A DNA stretch of 64,000 nt, from IMG/VR virus record IMGVR_UViG_3300037875_000252, positions 2,670-66,669 of that record; one strand, written 5' to 3'. Shown here in pieces: positions 9,869 through 19,111 of the stretch (positions are counted from its first letter, which is position 1; each line of letters starts with the position of its first letter). The notes beneath the pieces were generated by a model. That model had not been told where the DNA came from. It did no database searches and saw nothing but the letters and a program-made list of their open reading frames with translations. The position numbers and the translations under genes were made by a program. Source of the stretch: a virus.

Positions 9869-10049
9869 ATGTAAATTATGTGTTACAAGTGATGATAGTG
9901 ATGAAGAATATTATAGAACTAATAATTATGTGGATTTCAATACTTCATACTGTGTTACTTCTTGTGATGGTGGAATAGTTCCTAAACATATACACAAATC
10001 ACAAGTATTTAAATATATTAAATTATCTATTGAGAAACATAATGAATAA
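9843..10049 (+). CDS. PxHIP-family small Zn-finger protein (variant)
   Basis: CKLC..CVTSC..VPKHIHKSQVFKY. Confidence 0.65.
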   Translation: MSTTIRINRCKLCVTSDDSDEEYYRTNNYVDFNTSYCVTSCDGGIVPKHIHKSQVFKYIKLSIEKHNE

Positions 10050-10233
10050 ACTTAAAGAATGTAAAACTTGTATAAACGTAGGAGGTTATAGAGATTGCTT
10101 TAATAGAAATGATCATGAAGAATTTTTCTCAGTTTATTGTAGAACTGGTTGTAAACTTAAATTAGTACCTAATCATATACCTAATGAACAAGTAATAAAA
10201 TACCTAAAGAAAATTTTTAAGGGGTACCTATGA
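10030..10233 (+). CDS. PxHIP-family small Zn-finger protein
   Basis: CKTC..CRTGC..VPNHIPNEQVIKY. Confidence 0.7.
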   Translation: MRNIMNKLKECKTCINVGGYRDCFNRNDHEEFFSVYCRTGCKLKLVPNHIPNEQVIKYLKKIFKGYL

Positions 10234-10397
10234 AAAATAACTATAAACCAGAAGTTTGTAAAGGGTGCATACTTTATCAATCACCACCTTGGGATGATAA
10301 TACATGTAAAAAATGTAGTAATAGTATTCCCAAACATATACCAGCAGAGCAATCTTATAACTTTGTAATTAAATCTTTTATTAAACTATACCTATGA
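10230..10397 (+). CDS. PxHIP-family small Zn-finger protein (not in ORF track)
   Basis: CKGC..CKKC..IPKHIPAEQSYNF. Confidence 0.7.
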   Translation: MKNNYKPEVCKGCILYQSPPWDDNTCKKCSNSIPKHIPAEQSYNFVIKSFIKLYL

Positions 10398-10461
10398 AAT
10401 GTATTATATGTACTTAAAAGCAAAATATCCAAATAATAAAATAGTATTGTGGAGACATTGT

Positions 10462-10552
10462 AAAATATCTTCCTAAAATATCTTCCTAAAATATCTTCCT
10501 AAAATATCTTCCTAAAATATCTTCCTAAAATATCTTCCTAAAATATCTTCCT
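10462..10552. repeat. Perfect tandem repeat, 7 x 13 bp (AAAATATCTTCCT)
   Basis: Read directly from the sequence. Confidence 0.95.
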
Positions 10553-10681
10553 CATCTTTACACCAGGAAATGTGTGTGATATCTAATTGAGACTCAATTA
10601 GATTTATTGTTTGTAATTGTAAACATTTAATAAAGCTAACAATATAGGCTGATTTTGCGTATATAAGGAACGCACACGCGA

Positions 10682-10698
10682 TGCAAAAACCATACCAA
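10682..10698 (-). promoter_or_regulatory. Sigma-54-like -24/-12 element
   Basis: TTGGTATGGTTTTTGCA on the minus strand (GG-N10-GC). Confidence 0.45.
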
Positions 10699-11014
10699 AA
10701 AACCAGTAAAACACAACTATTTTTACTCTCATAATTCCTTGTCATAAACCCTTATTCTATGGTACTTTACAAAGTTAATAGTTATCCACAATTTTAAATA
10801 CATTGTAAACTCTTTTATATCAGTTACTTATGACTATTTTTTAAGTGTGTATACAATGTAGTCGTAAAGTACCATCAAATGGTTACTTATGACTTGTCTT
10901 TGAGTTTTTTAGAGATATAAAAAACATGAAATAAAAGTAAAGTTTTTTTGCTTTTATAAAGCATTATAATAAAAGGCTTTATGACAAGAAAAAAAATCAA
11001 CCTCTCCCAGACTA

Positions 11015-11042
11015 TTGACAAACAAACTTTTTCTGGTAAAAT
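11015..11042 (+). promoter_or_regulatory. Sigma-70 promoter
   Basis: TTGACA-N16-TAAAAT with TG extended -10. Confidence 0.6.
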
Positions 11043-11174
11043 AATAGCATAACACGAAACGAAACACGAAACTAAAATAGTTACTCTGTTCTTTCTGTTA
11101 TAAAGTAGTAAAGACAAGTGACACTTAAACAAGTGTATTTTATAAATCTTGTCAATTAGTTAGGAGAATAAAAA

Positions 11175-11351
11175 ATGAAATGGGATTATGAATTGTATCA
11201 GAAAAAAGTAAATCAAGTAAAAACTTTACTCGATAGCATTGAAATAATGAAAAGATACAATAATAGTAAAGAACAGTCAAAATACTGGGAAACTACTTTT
11301 AACGCTATAAGTAGTATTAATAAAGAAATAGCGTTAATGACTCAAGATTGA
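11175..11351 (+). CDS. Hypothetical protein (not in ORF track)
   Basis: AGGAG RBS, 58 aa ORF MKWDYELYQKK. Confidence 0.55.
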   Translation: MKWDYELYQKKVNQVKTLLDSIEIMKRYNNSKEQSKYWETTFNAISSINKEIALMTQD

Positions 11352-11565
11352 AAATTGACAAGTGTTCGCACATGCGAAAAGTATTTTATATTTACAATTA
11401 TTTGGAGTAATTTTGATATGCGATAAAACCAGTATTTCAAATACAATAGATATTTTTCAAGGTTTATTTGAAAACCTATTGTCAATTACAATTAAGATTT
11501 TAAAAACTATATTTTATATTTTAGTATTCTATATTACAACATTAATTATTAAGGAGAGTAAATAA

Positions 11566-11841
11566 ATGGCTAAGGAAAATATAGTAAAAGAACCAGTGTT
11601 CACAAAATTGTATTTACCATCACTAGGTATCCGTAGTATGGAGGTAGATTTAAATGTCCTTAAGGAATCAAGAACAAACGATTTAAGAGGTTACGCAACC
11701 AGCACTTTCCAAACTGAAAACGGTAGTCTTGCAGCAATAGCAAATTCTGACAATTCCGGTGCTATTATGATAGACATACTTCTGTCAGATACTACCAAAA
11801 AAAGCAAGGGCAAGAAAAAAGGCACAACAAATTTGCTATAA
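11566..11841 (+). CDS. Hypothetical protein
   Basis: AAGGAG RBS, 91 aa. Confidence 0.6.
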   Translation: MAKENIVKEPVFTKLYLPSLGIRSMEVDLNVLKESRTNDLRGYATSTFQTENGSLAAIANSDNSGAIMIDILLSDTTKKSKGKKKGTTNLL

Positions 11842-11889
11842 TCTTTTTGAATAGGGATTATATATGGTAACTTTATAAATTTCAATCTG

Positions 11890-11940
11890 TACTGGATAGA
11901 CTAGAAACGATTCTATTCTATAAAGCTAGTCTATCCAGTA
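11890..11940. promoter_or_regulatory. Perfect 15-bp inverted repeat upstream of WYL gene
   Basis: tactggatagactag-N21-ctagtctatccagta. Confidence 0.6.
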
Positions 11941-11963
11941 ACAACCATAAAAAGAGGTTTACA

Positions 11964-12284
11964 ATGGAAACCACACAACAACAAATAATTGACAAGATTA
12001 CTCATGCAATCCAGAATAAAAAAACTATAGAGATTGAATATAAAAAACCAAATGAAGAAAGTACATTAAGGGTAATAAATCCGCATAATTTGTTTGAGAA
12101 TTATAAAGGTACTATTCTAGTGGATTCTGTAGAGCTAGACAATGAAAAAGGGCAAGTCTGGAAAATGTTTGATATAACCAAAATCAAAATTGTAATAAAT
12201 ACAGCACGGAAATTTATTCCAGATTCACGCTATAACGCTACCAGTTCACGTTATAACCTGTCAAGAGTAGCTATAGAAATTTAA
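11964..12284 (+). CDS. Stand-alone WYL-domain protein
   Basis: AIQNKKTIEIEY..R.INPH.L..WKMFDITKI pattern. Confidence 0.75.
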   Translation: METTQQQIIDKITHAIQNKKTIEIEYKKPNEESTLRVINPHNLFENYKGTILVDSVELDNEKGQVWKMFDITKIKIVINTARKFIPDSRYNATSSRYNLSRVAIEI

Positions 12285-12450
12285 ACCTTTTAGAATCAAT
12301 TTCAGGAACTATTAACCATGCCAAACTACAGAACTAAAGTGTTAAAACGTAATAAGAAAAAAGAAAGTATAACTTTCTTAATGGAACAAATAAACGAAAC
12401 TAAACAAAATAGACTCGATAACATTTTTCAGGATTTACTAGAGAAACATA

Positions 12451-12654
12451 ATGACAAAGAAAAAAATCAATTTTAAAATAGTCTCCTCAGATAGTTACGG
12501 AATGATAACTGTTACTATTGATAACAAATACTATCAATATCAGATAGAAGGCTATCAAATTGAGCGTGTAAGAGACTTAGCAAAGTATTCGGGGTATAAA
12601 GCATTAACTTATTTAAAACAAGCCACAAAGGAAACTAAGAGGATAAAACCATGA
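12451..12654 (+). CDS. Hypothetical protein
   Basis: 67 aa ORF in gene string. Confidence 0.5.
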   Translation: MTKKKINFKIVSSDSYGMITVTIDNKYYQYQIEGYQIERVRDLAKYSGYKALTYLKQATKETKRIKP

Positions 12655-12863
12655 CAATAAAACCTATAACTATAACTATTGTATGCTGAAACGACACCTT
12701 TTCTATTATCAGTTGTAACATCTCTACAATTCTAATACTTTCCATAGGAGGATAATAAATGGAATTATTCTACAAAATTGTATTTATTAATATAATAGTT
12801 TCTATGTTTTTTCTGTTATATTCAGAATTAATAATAAAATAATTTTATTTGTACCTTTGGTAT

Positions 12864-12880
12864 TGCAATTGTTGTACCAA
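12864..12880 (-). promoter_or_regulatory. Sigma-54-like -24/-12 element inside a palindrome
   Basis: TTGGTACAACAATTGCA (GG-N10-GC) on minus; overlapping GG-N10-GT on plus. Confidence 0.45.
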
Positions 12881-13165
12881 ACATCTTTGTTTGATGTTCT
12901 AAACAGTAACGCAAAAGATGCGCTAATCTAAGCCATGCGAAATAATTGCGGCTTTAAACACAAAATTAGCGTAAAAATTGCGTGATGCACCATGTAGTCA
13001 CTTTTCAGTTTCCACCATTTTTTAGCATCATTTTAATATAATAACTTAATCACCTTTCTTTTTAATTTCACAAAAAAATTTTATCATTTATTCACCTCTC
13101 ATTTTTATTTTTTATAATTTTTCACAAGCACACATATTTGTCATAACCCTTTATGTAGTATAGAG

Positions 13166-13366
13166 TTACACCATATACCTAATAATTCTCACCTCTTTTC
13201 TACAATATACACAGTCGATAGCATCTGTATGTATGTCTTGATATACTCTAGAGTTATGAGTAAAGCTACTGCGATACTCTAGAGTATCCTTTGTGTAGTT
13301 GGGATGGTAACAATCAGGACATATAAACATAATTGCTGCTTCTGGTTCTACTACAGGTATTTCCAT
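13166..13366 (-). CDS. Small Zn-ribbon protein
   Basis: CPDC..CVYC, AAGGAG RBS. Confidence 0.6.
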   Translation of the reverse strand: MEIPVVEPEAAIMFICPDCYHPNYTKDTLEYRSSFTHNSRVYQDIHTDAIDCVYCRKEVRIIRYMV

Positions 13367-13463
13367 TACTTCTCCTTTAAATTGAACTGTCTGGAAAAAC
13401 GGGATAGTTTATTTCTCATCTTTCCAATAATGTTCACAGTTATTATTTGTACACATAGCTATA

Positions 13464-13718
13464 TCAGGCATTACTTACTTTCCCCTTATCTAGTACACGT
13501 TTAATTACAGTTACACTATCACCTTCACAAGAATACGTTACATAGAATACATAACCATCATTTAACATGCTTTTGGTTATTGGCTGTGCATCAAATTCAT
13601 CATCTCCGTAATATCTAGCCAATTCTTCAGCGTATTTTATTGCTTTGTCGTGATCACTAAACACTTTTACATCAACATCATAATGCTTATCCTCTAATAT
13701 TACACAGTATATTTCCAT
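13464..13718 (-). CDS. Hypothetical protein
   Basis: GGAG RBS, 84 aa. Confidence 0.6.
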   Translation of the reverse strand: MEIYCVILEDKHYDVDVKVFSDHDKAIKYAEELARYYGDDEFDAQPITKSMLNDGYVFYVTYSCEGDSVTVIKRVLDKGKVSNA

Positions 13719-13721
13719 TAT

Positions 13722-14492
13722 TTAATCTCCTGTTATGTTTTTATAATTCAACATACACAATAAATCATTAATTCTATCAATATCCTGCTTCTTATTTTTA
13801 AACTTATCATTTAAAATCTGTTCTAATTGTGTAACACCATCATTATACATTGTTTCTACAGGTGTAAAATCAACCTTACCATTCTTCACCAAACTTAAAA
13901 ACTCACAGTTAGTTACAGGGAATTTGATCTTTCCTATAGTTCCTAACTCTATTCCAGTTTGTAATATTCTCAAAGCATGATAAGAGTTTTTATAACTATA
14001 TCCTTTTTCTTCTATGTGTTTCTTTCTTTTCTCACCTAAATCTCTTGTGACTTTACCTAATGTTTTGCGCCATTCATGTTTTGAATATCCTAAAATAGAC
14101 TTAATGATCTTTTCAGATATAAACAAATCTTTATTACCCAACAACACAGAAGCTAACTCTGAACGTCTTATGATCATATTATCAGGACAAAATAACATTT
14201 CAAATGCAATTGTAGATCCATTTACAAGCATTCTCACAAATTTATCAGCAGACCATACAATCGTATCATCTTTACCTGTTAAATTTTGGTGTTGTTCGAA
14301 CTTCTTTATACCTAAAAGGTATTCTTTTGGCATAAAATTAAAACCTCTAATGTCTATATCAGAGTCATCATTATTTGTACCATACAAAATAGATCCAACC
14401 ACACATAAGAAATCAGGTGATTTAAGATACTCTATATCTGTTGTAATTATTGATTCACTTACTTTTTCTTTATTTAACTCAATTTTAAGCAT
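13722..14492 (-). CDS. Pol-beta-fold nucleotidyltransferase (Nuc-transf/RlaP-like)
   Basis: VGSILYGTN..DSDIDIRG; KNSYHALR. Confidence 0.85.
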   Translation of the reverse strand: MLKIELNKEKVSESIITTDIEYLKSPDFLCVVGSILYGTNNDDSDIDIRGFNFMPKEYLLGIKKFEQHQNLTGKDDTIVWSADKFVRMLVNGSTIAFEMLFCPDNMIIRRSELASVLLGNKDLFISEKIIKSILGYSKHEWRKTLGKVTRDLGEKRKKHIEEKGYSYKNSYHALRILQTGIELGTIGKIKFPVTNCEFLSLVKNGKVDFTPVETMYNDGVTQLEQILNDKFKNKKQDIDRINDLLCMLNYKNITGD

Positions 14493-14818
14493 TATTCTCC
14501 TTATTATTTACTATTAGTTCTCTTTCACAACGAATACATCTAAATCTTGTTACATTATCAGCTATGTTAAACTGGCAATGCGTACCACAACTAGGACAAA
14601 TATATTTAGTTACTATATATGTTCTTGTTTCTTCTATTATATCTACTTTTATTGGTCTTTTCATAATTTCTCCTATTTTACAAATTTAAGAACTATTTTC
14701 TCATATTCATTGAAATAGTTATCATCATTCTTATATCCTATAGCTTTTTCTTTAGACATCCATACTGTCAACTGTTCTATACCATCTGCTACATAGTAAA
14801 ATACAGCATAATCATCAT

Positions 14819-15184
14819 TCATATCTTTACCCATTTCTCATCTACCTGTTCTTCAATCTTTAAATTAGATTCTACCATCATTTTATCTACTATTTCATCA
14901 ATAGATACTTTGTTTAACTCTTCCCAAGTTCTTTTATTATGCCATATCTTAAACTTAGGATGTTTAACTAGATTCTGTAGAGCTTCTTTGATGTTAGATT
15001 GTTTTTCCTTATTAGATTGACCGGTCACCATTACACCTGAATCTTTATGATTTAACCTAACACAATTCATATGCCTGTTTCTGTGTTGACCACCTCCACC
15101 TTTACCAGAGAAATATGTTATATTCATATCCTCCTTAGTTACTCTAAATAATATGTCTTTCATTTTTAAACTTCCTCCAATCAT
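14819..15184 (-). CDS. Peptide chain release factor-like (GGQ) protein
   Basis: SGKGGGGQHRN..CVRL.H..SG..V.GQ..K.K.SN..EAL. Confidence 0.85.
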   Translation of the reverse strand: MIGGSLKMKDILFRVTKEDMNITYFSGKGGGGQHRNRHMNCVRLNHKDSGVMVTGQSNKEKQSNIKEALQNLVKHPKFKIWHNKRTWEELNKVSIDEIVDKMMVESNLKIEEQVDEKWVKI

Positions 15185-15298
15185 ATAGACGTTCTCTCTT
15201 CTCTATAAAGAAAGCATCATTCTTTCTAAATCTTACCAGAGCTATTAAATCTTTAGTTTGTTTTATTATTCTTTCTGACCATTCTGTTTCTGTTTCTG

Positions 15299-15472
15299 TC
15301 ATATCTTTGTTCCTTTTACATCAAAGTTGTCCATCCAATACCCCATTACACCTCTTGATTCCTCATCTGTTAATTCAGGGAAAGCATTCTTAAGATATGG
15401 TCTTGCACCAAACATATTAGTAATTCCTGATTCTCTCAATACATCTAAATAAGTTAAATGTTTTTGTTCCAT
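15299..15472 (-). CDS. Small phage protein (not in ORF track)
   Basis: MEQKHLTYLDVLRESGITNMFGARPYL, GGAG RBS. Confidence 0.65.
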   Translation of the reverse strand: MEQKHLTYLDVLRESGITNMFGARPYLKNAFPELTDEESRGVMGYWMDNFDVKGTKI

Positions 15473-15740
15473 AATTATTCTCCCATGTTACATAGTAAAA
15501 TACAGCCTATTACAGCTACAATTATAAATACTACATATATTATTACTATTGACATTCAACCCCCCTTTTCTTTATTTAAAATTATTGTTATTTATACTCT
15601 ATTATTACATTTTGATAACAAATATTATTATATATAAACATACTACCTTGTGGTTTCCATCCAACAGATAGATATTTATTAACTACTTTTTCTAAACTAA
15701 TTAAATCATATGCTACTAATATTTTATATTTCAACATATA

Positions 15741-16271
15741 TTACTTTTTCTTATAATTATAGTAGTTTTCTACTATATCTAAGGCTCTATTATAGAGAGT
15801 TTTATTACCTTGCTTCAATACTTCTAACAACTTCTTCTTTTCAGCCATATAGACCTTTGCGAATCCTTTATCATGTTTGTATATATCACAATAATTATCT
15901 ATAAGATCTGCTAACTTAATAGTCTTAGCTGGAGGAAGGCCTAACTTTGTATGTTGTAAGTCTATGTTCTTCCTTGTAACTCTATTACCATCTTCTGGTT
16001 TAGATACATCTGTCAAACTTTCCACCCATGAATTAATCATGAAATTGAATTCTCTTTTTATATCTTCTTGTGTAACGTCTGTATCCTCTACAACATCATG
16101 TAACAAAGCTGCTGCTACCATATCTTGATTATTCGTCACGCTAGATACAATAGTAGCTACATTTATAGGATGATTGATGTACGGTTCACCTGAATACTTT
16201 CTTACTTGACCTTTGTGTGCTTCTGTAGCGAAACACAAGGCCTTTGCAACTATAGTGCTTTCTATTTTCAT
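15741..16271 (-). CDS. HD-domain hydrolase, RelA/SpoT (Mesh1/SAH)-like
   Basis: AHKGQVRKYSGEPYINHP, AALLHDVVEDT, IKLADLIDN. Confidence 0.88.
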   Translation of the reverse strand: MKIESTIVAKALCFATEAHKGQVRKYSGEPYINHPINVATIVSSVTNNQDMVAAALLHDVVEDTDVTQEDIKREFNFMINSWVESLTDVSKPEDGNRVTRKNIDLQHTKLGLPPAKTIKLADLIDNYCDIYKHDKGFAKVYMAEKKKLLEVLKQGNKTLYNRALDIVENYYNYKKK

Positions 16272-16282
16272 ACTATTCTCCT

Positions 16283-16468
16283 TTAATCGTCATAGTCTAC
16301 ATGTTGTCTAAGTTTAATAATCTCTTTTGCTAATTCATCTTTACCATAAAAACAATTATCACAATAACAATGTTCTTTAGTAGGTTGTGGATCATCTTCA
16401 TCAACCACATTATTAGGATTCCTACTATCATAACTACATAAGTTTTCATACACTTCTTTTATGTCCAT
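16283..16468 (-). CDS. Hypothetical protein
   Basis: LCSYD.RNP..CYCDNCFYG. Confidence 0.6.
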   Translation of the reverse strand: MDIKEVYENLCSYDSRNPNNVVDEDDPQPTKEHCYCDNCFYGKDELAKEIIKLRQHVDYDD

Positions 16469-16576
16469 AATATACCTTTATAACAGTTAAAATAATAAAA
16501 GCATGTCTAGACATGCTTATTTAAAACACACTAAAAACACCCTTACTATATAAGGGCTAGAGAGCGATAAAATCAA

Positions 16577-16759
16577 TTAACTGTGGTTATTTAATATCCT
16601 GTTTAGTGCTAACAGATTTAACACTATTGATACTTCATCTTTTGATAATATTTTTAATACATCAGTTGTTAATTCACCTCTATATGCCTTTATTACATTT
16701 AAACCTAAATTACTATCTAAAAACTCTATCAATTCTTTTAAATTATCGTCTGTATTCAT
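16577..16759 (-). CDS. Hypothetical protein
   Basis: GGAG RBS, first gene after leftward promoter. Confidence 0.55.
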   Translation of the reverse strand: MNTDDNLKELIEFLDSNLGLNVIKAYRGELTTDVLKILSKDEVSIVLNLLALNRILNNHS

Positions 16760-16791
16760 ATTTTCTCCATATATTTTTGATTTAAGTCTAT

Positions 16792-16820
16792 ATTATACAT
16801 GATTTTATGACAATTTGCAA
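16792..16820 (-). promoter_or_regulatory. Sigma-70 promoter for leftward cluster
   Basis: TTGCAA-N17-TATAAT on minus strand. Confidence 0.6.
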
Positions 16821-16975
16821 GCATATTTTAGTGTGATAAAGTTTGGCATGAAATTTGTTATGAAAATAATCTCATTTTTTCCTTGATATGTTGCCATATA
16901 TCAAGTAAAATACATTCTTAATACTGAAAATTATATTGTTATAAGTCTTTATTAGTCATATATTTACGAAAAAAA

Positions 16976-17071
16976 TGCTAAATTGTCAAGAAAAAATCGT
17001 TAAATCAAGTGAATTTTGCCAAATTGTCAAGGAAAAAAGGCTTAAAAACAGGTAATTTTGACATTTTGTCA
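16976..17071. promoter_or_regulatory. Three phased TGNCA-N3-TGTCA palindromes (candidate activator sites)
   Basis: tgctaaattgtca 16976, tgccaaattgtca 17017, tgacattttgtca 17059; 41-42 bp spacing. Confidence 0.6.
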
Positions 17072-17165
17072 AGTGAAAGCCTTTTTGAGACTAATTCTCA
17101 ACTAGAAATTAGTCATAAGTCTATATATGACAACGATTTAAAATAAATATTTTATATTGACAAGT

Positions 17166-17182
17166 TTGGCAAGTGAATTGCT
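17166..17182 (+). promoter_or_regulatory. Sigma-54 (RpoN) promoter
   Basis: TTGGCAAGTGAATTGCT, near-consensus TGGCACG-N4-TTGC. Confidence 0.65.
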
Positions 17183-17237
17183 TTTATATACTATGTTGAA
17201 TTGAAATTTTGAACAGTTTTAAATGAAAGGTGTAAAT

Positions 17238-17507
17238 ATGCAAACATATTTTAGTTTTTATGATAGAATTTGTGAAATTGAAGATCATTCTCATTTATAT
17301 TATTTAAGAGAATATTCAATAGATGATTTATTAAAAATAGAATTTTGTAAATCAATATTGGAAGATCTTATATTTGATAAAAATTTATCATTAACAGGTA
17401 AATATAAAGATCAAGATGCGGCAAATGAAATACAACTTTCAGTTGACTATTTATTAAGATTACATACTATTTTAAATGAAAGGTGTAAAGATGGTAAAAA
17501 AAAATAA
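17238..17507 (+). CDS. Hypothetical protein
   Basis: Start reassigned to ATG after GAAAGGTG RBS. Confidence 0.6.
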   Translation: MQTYFSFYDRICEIEDHSHLYYLREYSIDDLLKIEFCKSILEDLIFDKNLSLTGKYKDQDAANEIQLSVDYLLRLHTILNERCKDGKKK

Positions 17508-17817
17508 GACATTTAAAGAAGCATTAAAGAATTGGTTAAAAGATGAAGCTAAAGTACAAGTATTACCATCTGAAGTTAATGACGTAAAACAACTTACAGA
17601 TAAAGAAATAAATTATCTATCTAATAAATGTGAACTAGAATTTGCGGATAGAAGTTTTAAAATTGGTGATGTAAATGTAAGACTTACAAAATATATTGAT
17701 GATTATATAGTTTCAATTATTAGAGAATGTGATGATAATATTGATTTTGTATTCTATGTAGAATGGAAAGCTGTAAATTTTTATAATTCTTTTAAATCTG
17801 TTAATAAAATTAATTAA
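17491..17817 (+). CDS. Hypothetical protein
   Basis: Start reassigned to ATG after GAAAGGTG RBS. Confidence 0.6.
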   Translation: MVKKNKTFKEALKNWLKDEAKVQVLPSEVNDVKQLTDKEINYLSNKCELEFADRSFKIGDVNVRLTKYIDDYIVSIIRECDDNIDFVFYVEWKAVNFYNSFKSVNKIN

Positions 17818-17830
17818 GAAAGGTGCAAAG

Positions 17831-18541
17831 ATGGTTAAATTAGTTGGTAATTTAATAATTGAAGTAACTAGAAGATGTAACATGATCTGTGGTCATTGTA
17901 TTAGAGGTAAAGCACAGAATAAGAAGATGACCAGAGAATATATGATATCTACAATTACACAATTTGATTATATTTCTAATATTACTTTTTCTGGTGGAGA
18001 GCCATCTTTAAACCCTGCTGCTATTGAAGATTTTATACATATTTGTCAGATGAATGATGTTTCTGTGGGTAATTTTTTTATTGCTACAAATGGTAAAAGA
18101 TGTACTCAAAGATTTATTGATGCTGTTAATCATCTTTATAATTTTTGTGATGACAATGAAGTTAGTAAAATATCCATATCTAATGATGAATTTCACGAAG
18201 ATGCTACTGAAATTGCATTAAATAGATTATTTAACTTAGAGTTTGCATCTAACAGAAATGAAGATGGTAAGTTAGAATTTTGGTACGGTGAAAAAACTAA
18301 TATGATCAATCAAGGATTATTTTCAGAAAATTATGGTTACGGTAGAGAAAATACACCTGAATCATTTGAATATGTAGATAAAGAAGAATTAAAAGATGGA
18401 AATATAAATGAATTAACTTTATATCTTAATTGTGATGGAAAAATAATTCTTGGTTGTGATTGGAGTTATAAAAATCAAAAGAAACATGTTTTATGTAATT
18501 CTGATGAAAGTATTATTAATAAATTATTAGAAAGGTGTTAA
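17831..18541 (+). CDS. Radical SAM protein
   Basis: EVTRRCNMICGHC, FSGGEP, IATNG. Confidence 0.88.
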   Translation: MVKLVGNLIIEVTRRCNMICGHCIRGKAQNKKMTREYMISTITQFDYISNITFSGGEPSLNPAAIEDFIHICQMNDVSVGNFFIATNGKRCTQRFIDAVNHLYNFCDDNEVSKISISNDEFHEDATEIALNRLFNLEFASNRNEDGKLEFWYGEKTNMINQGLFSENYGYGRENTPESFEYVDKEELKDGNINELTLYLNCDGKIILGCDWSYKNQKKHVLCNSDESIINKLLERC

Positions 18542-18542
18542 A

Positions 18543-19109
18543 ATGAGAATACTAAAAAGTGACAGATTTGAGATGGTAAACGGTATTGTAGTAAAACACA
18601 TAATAAATACTCAATACGAAATTGTTAGTAATAGATTAAGTGTTGGAATATGGGACGAAATTGTTAGTAATAGATTAAGTGTTGGAATATGGGAAATTGG
18701 TGATACTATACATCTTTCATTACTTATAAATAAGTATGGATTTCATTCAGGTGGTAGTTTAGGGGAAGGTTATAATATTTGTAAAAAATGTAATGTAAAA
18801 TCTGAAAAATATAAAACAAGAAACGGTATGATAGTAGAAAAAATACCTAATTATGATAATGAATATGTTTTTAAAATTATTGATAAAAATGGTATATTAG
18901 AGTCTGAAGATGGTCAAGATCTTAATCGTAATGTTTATTGGGGAGATATAAATGTAGATGGATTTTGGGCAGGTGGTAGCTTGGGTAGCGAGTTTGATAT
19001 TATTTCAAAATACAGGGAAGGAGATGATTGCGGTACAACAGAAGAAAAATTTTATAATAGAACTTACGATATAAGTTCTAAAACTTTATTATTGAAAGGA
19101 TGTAAATAA
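18543..19109 (+). CDS. Hypothetical protein with internal repeats
   Basis: Exact 39-bp duplication (EIVSNRLSVGIW x2) and two GFxxGGSLG motifs. Confidence 0.6.
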   Translation: MRILKSDRFEMVNGIVVKHIINTQYEIVSNRLSVGIWDEIVSNRLSVGIWEIGDTIHLSLLINKYGFHSGGSLGEGYNICKKCNVKSEKYKTRNGMIVEKIPNYDNEYVFKIIDKNGILESEDGQDLNRNVYWGDINVDGFWAGGSLGSEFDIISKYREGDDCGTTEEKFYNRTYDISSKTLLLKGCK

Positions 19110-19111
19110 TT

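Noticed and set aside
10462-10552. Possible CRISPR array
   Set aside because: 13-bp units are directly adjacent with no spacers, and no cas genes are present.
10512-11565. ORFs 10512-10745, 10887-11132 and 11362-11565
   Set aside because: They overlap repeat and promoter-rich non-coding DNA, and show no convincing RBS or protein-like motifs.
16551-16562. 12-bp match TAAGGGCTAGAG to the leader at 62838
   Set aside because: Similarity does not extend and the surrounding structures differ; likely chance.
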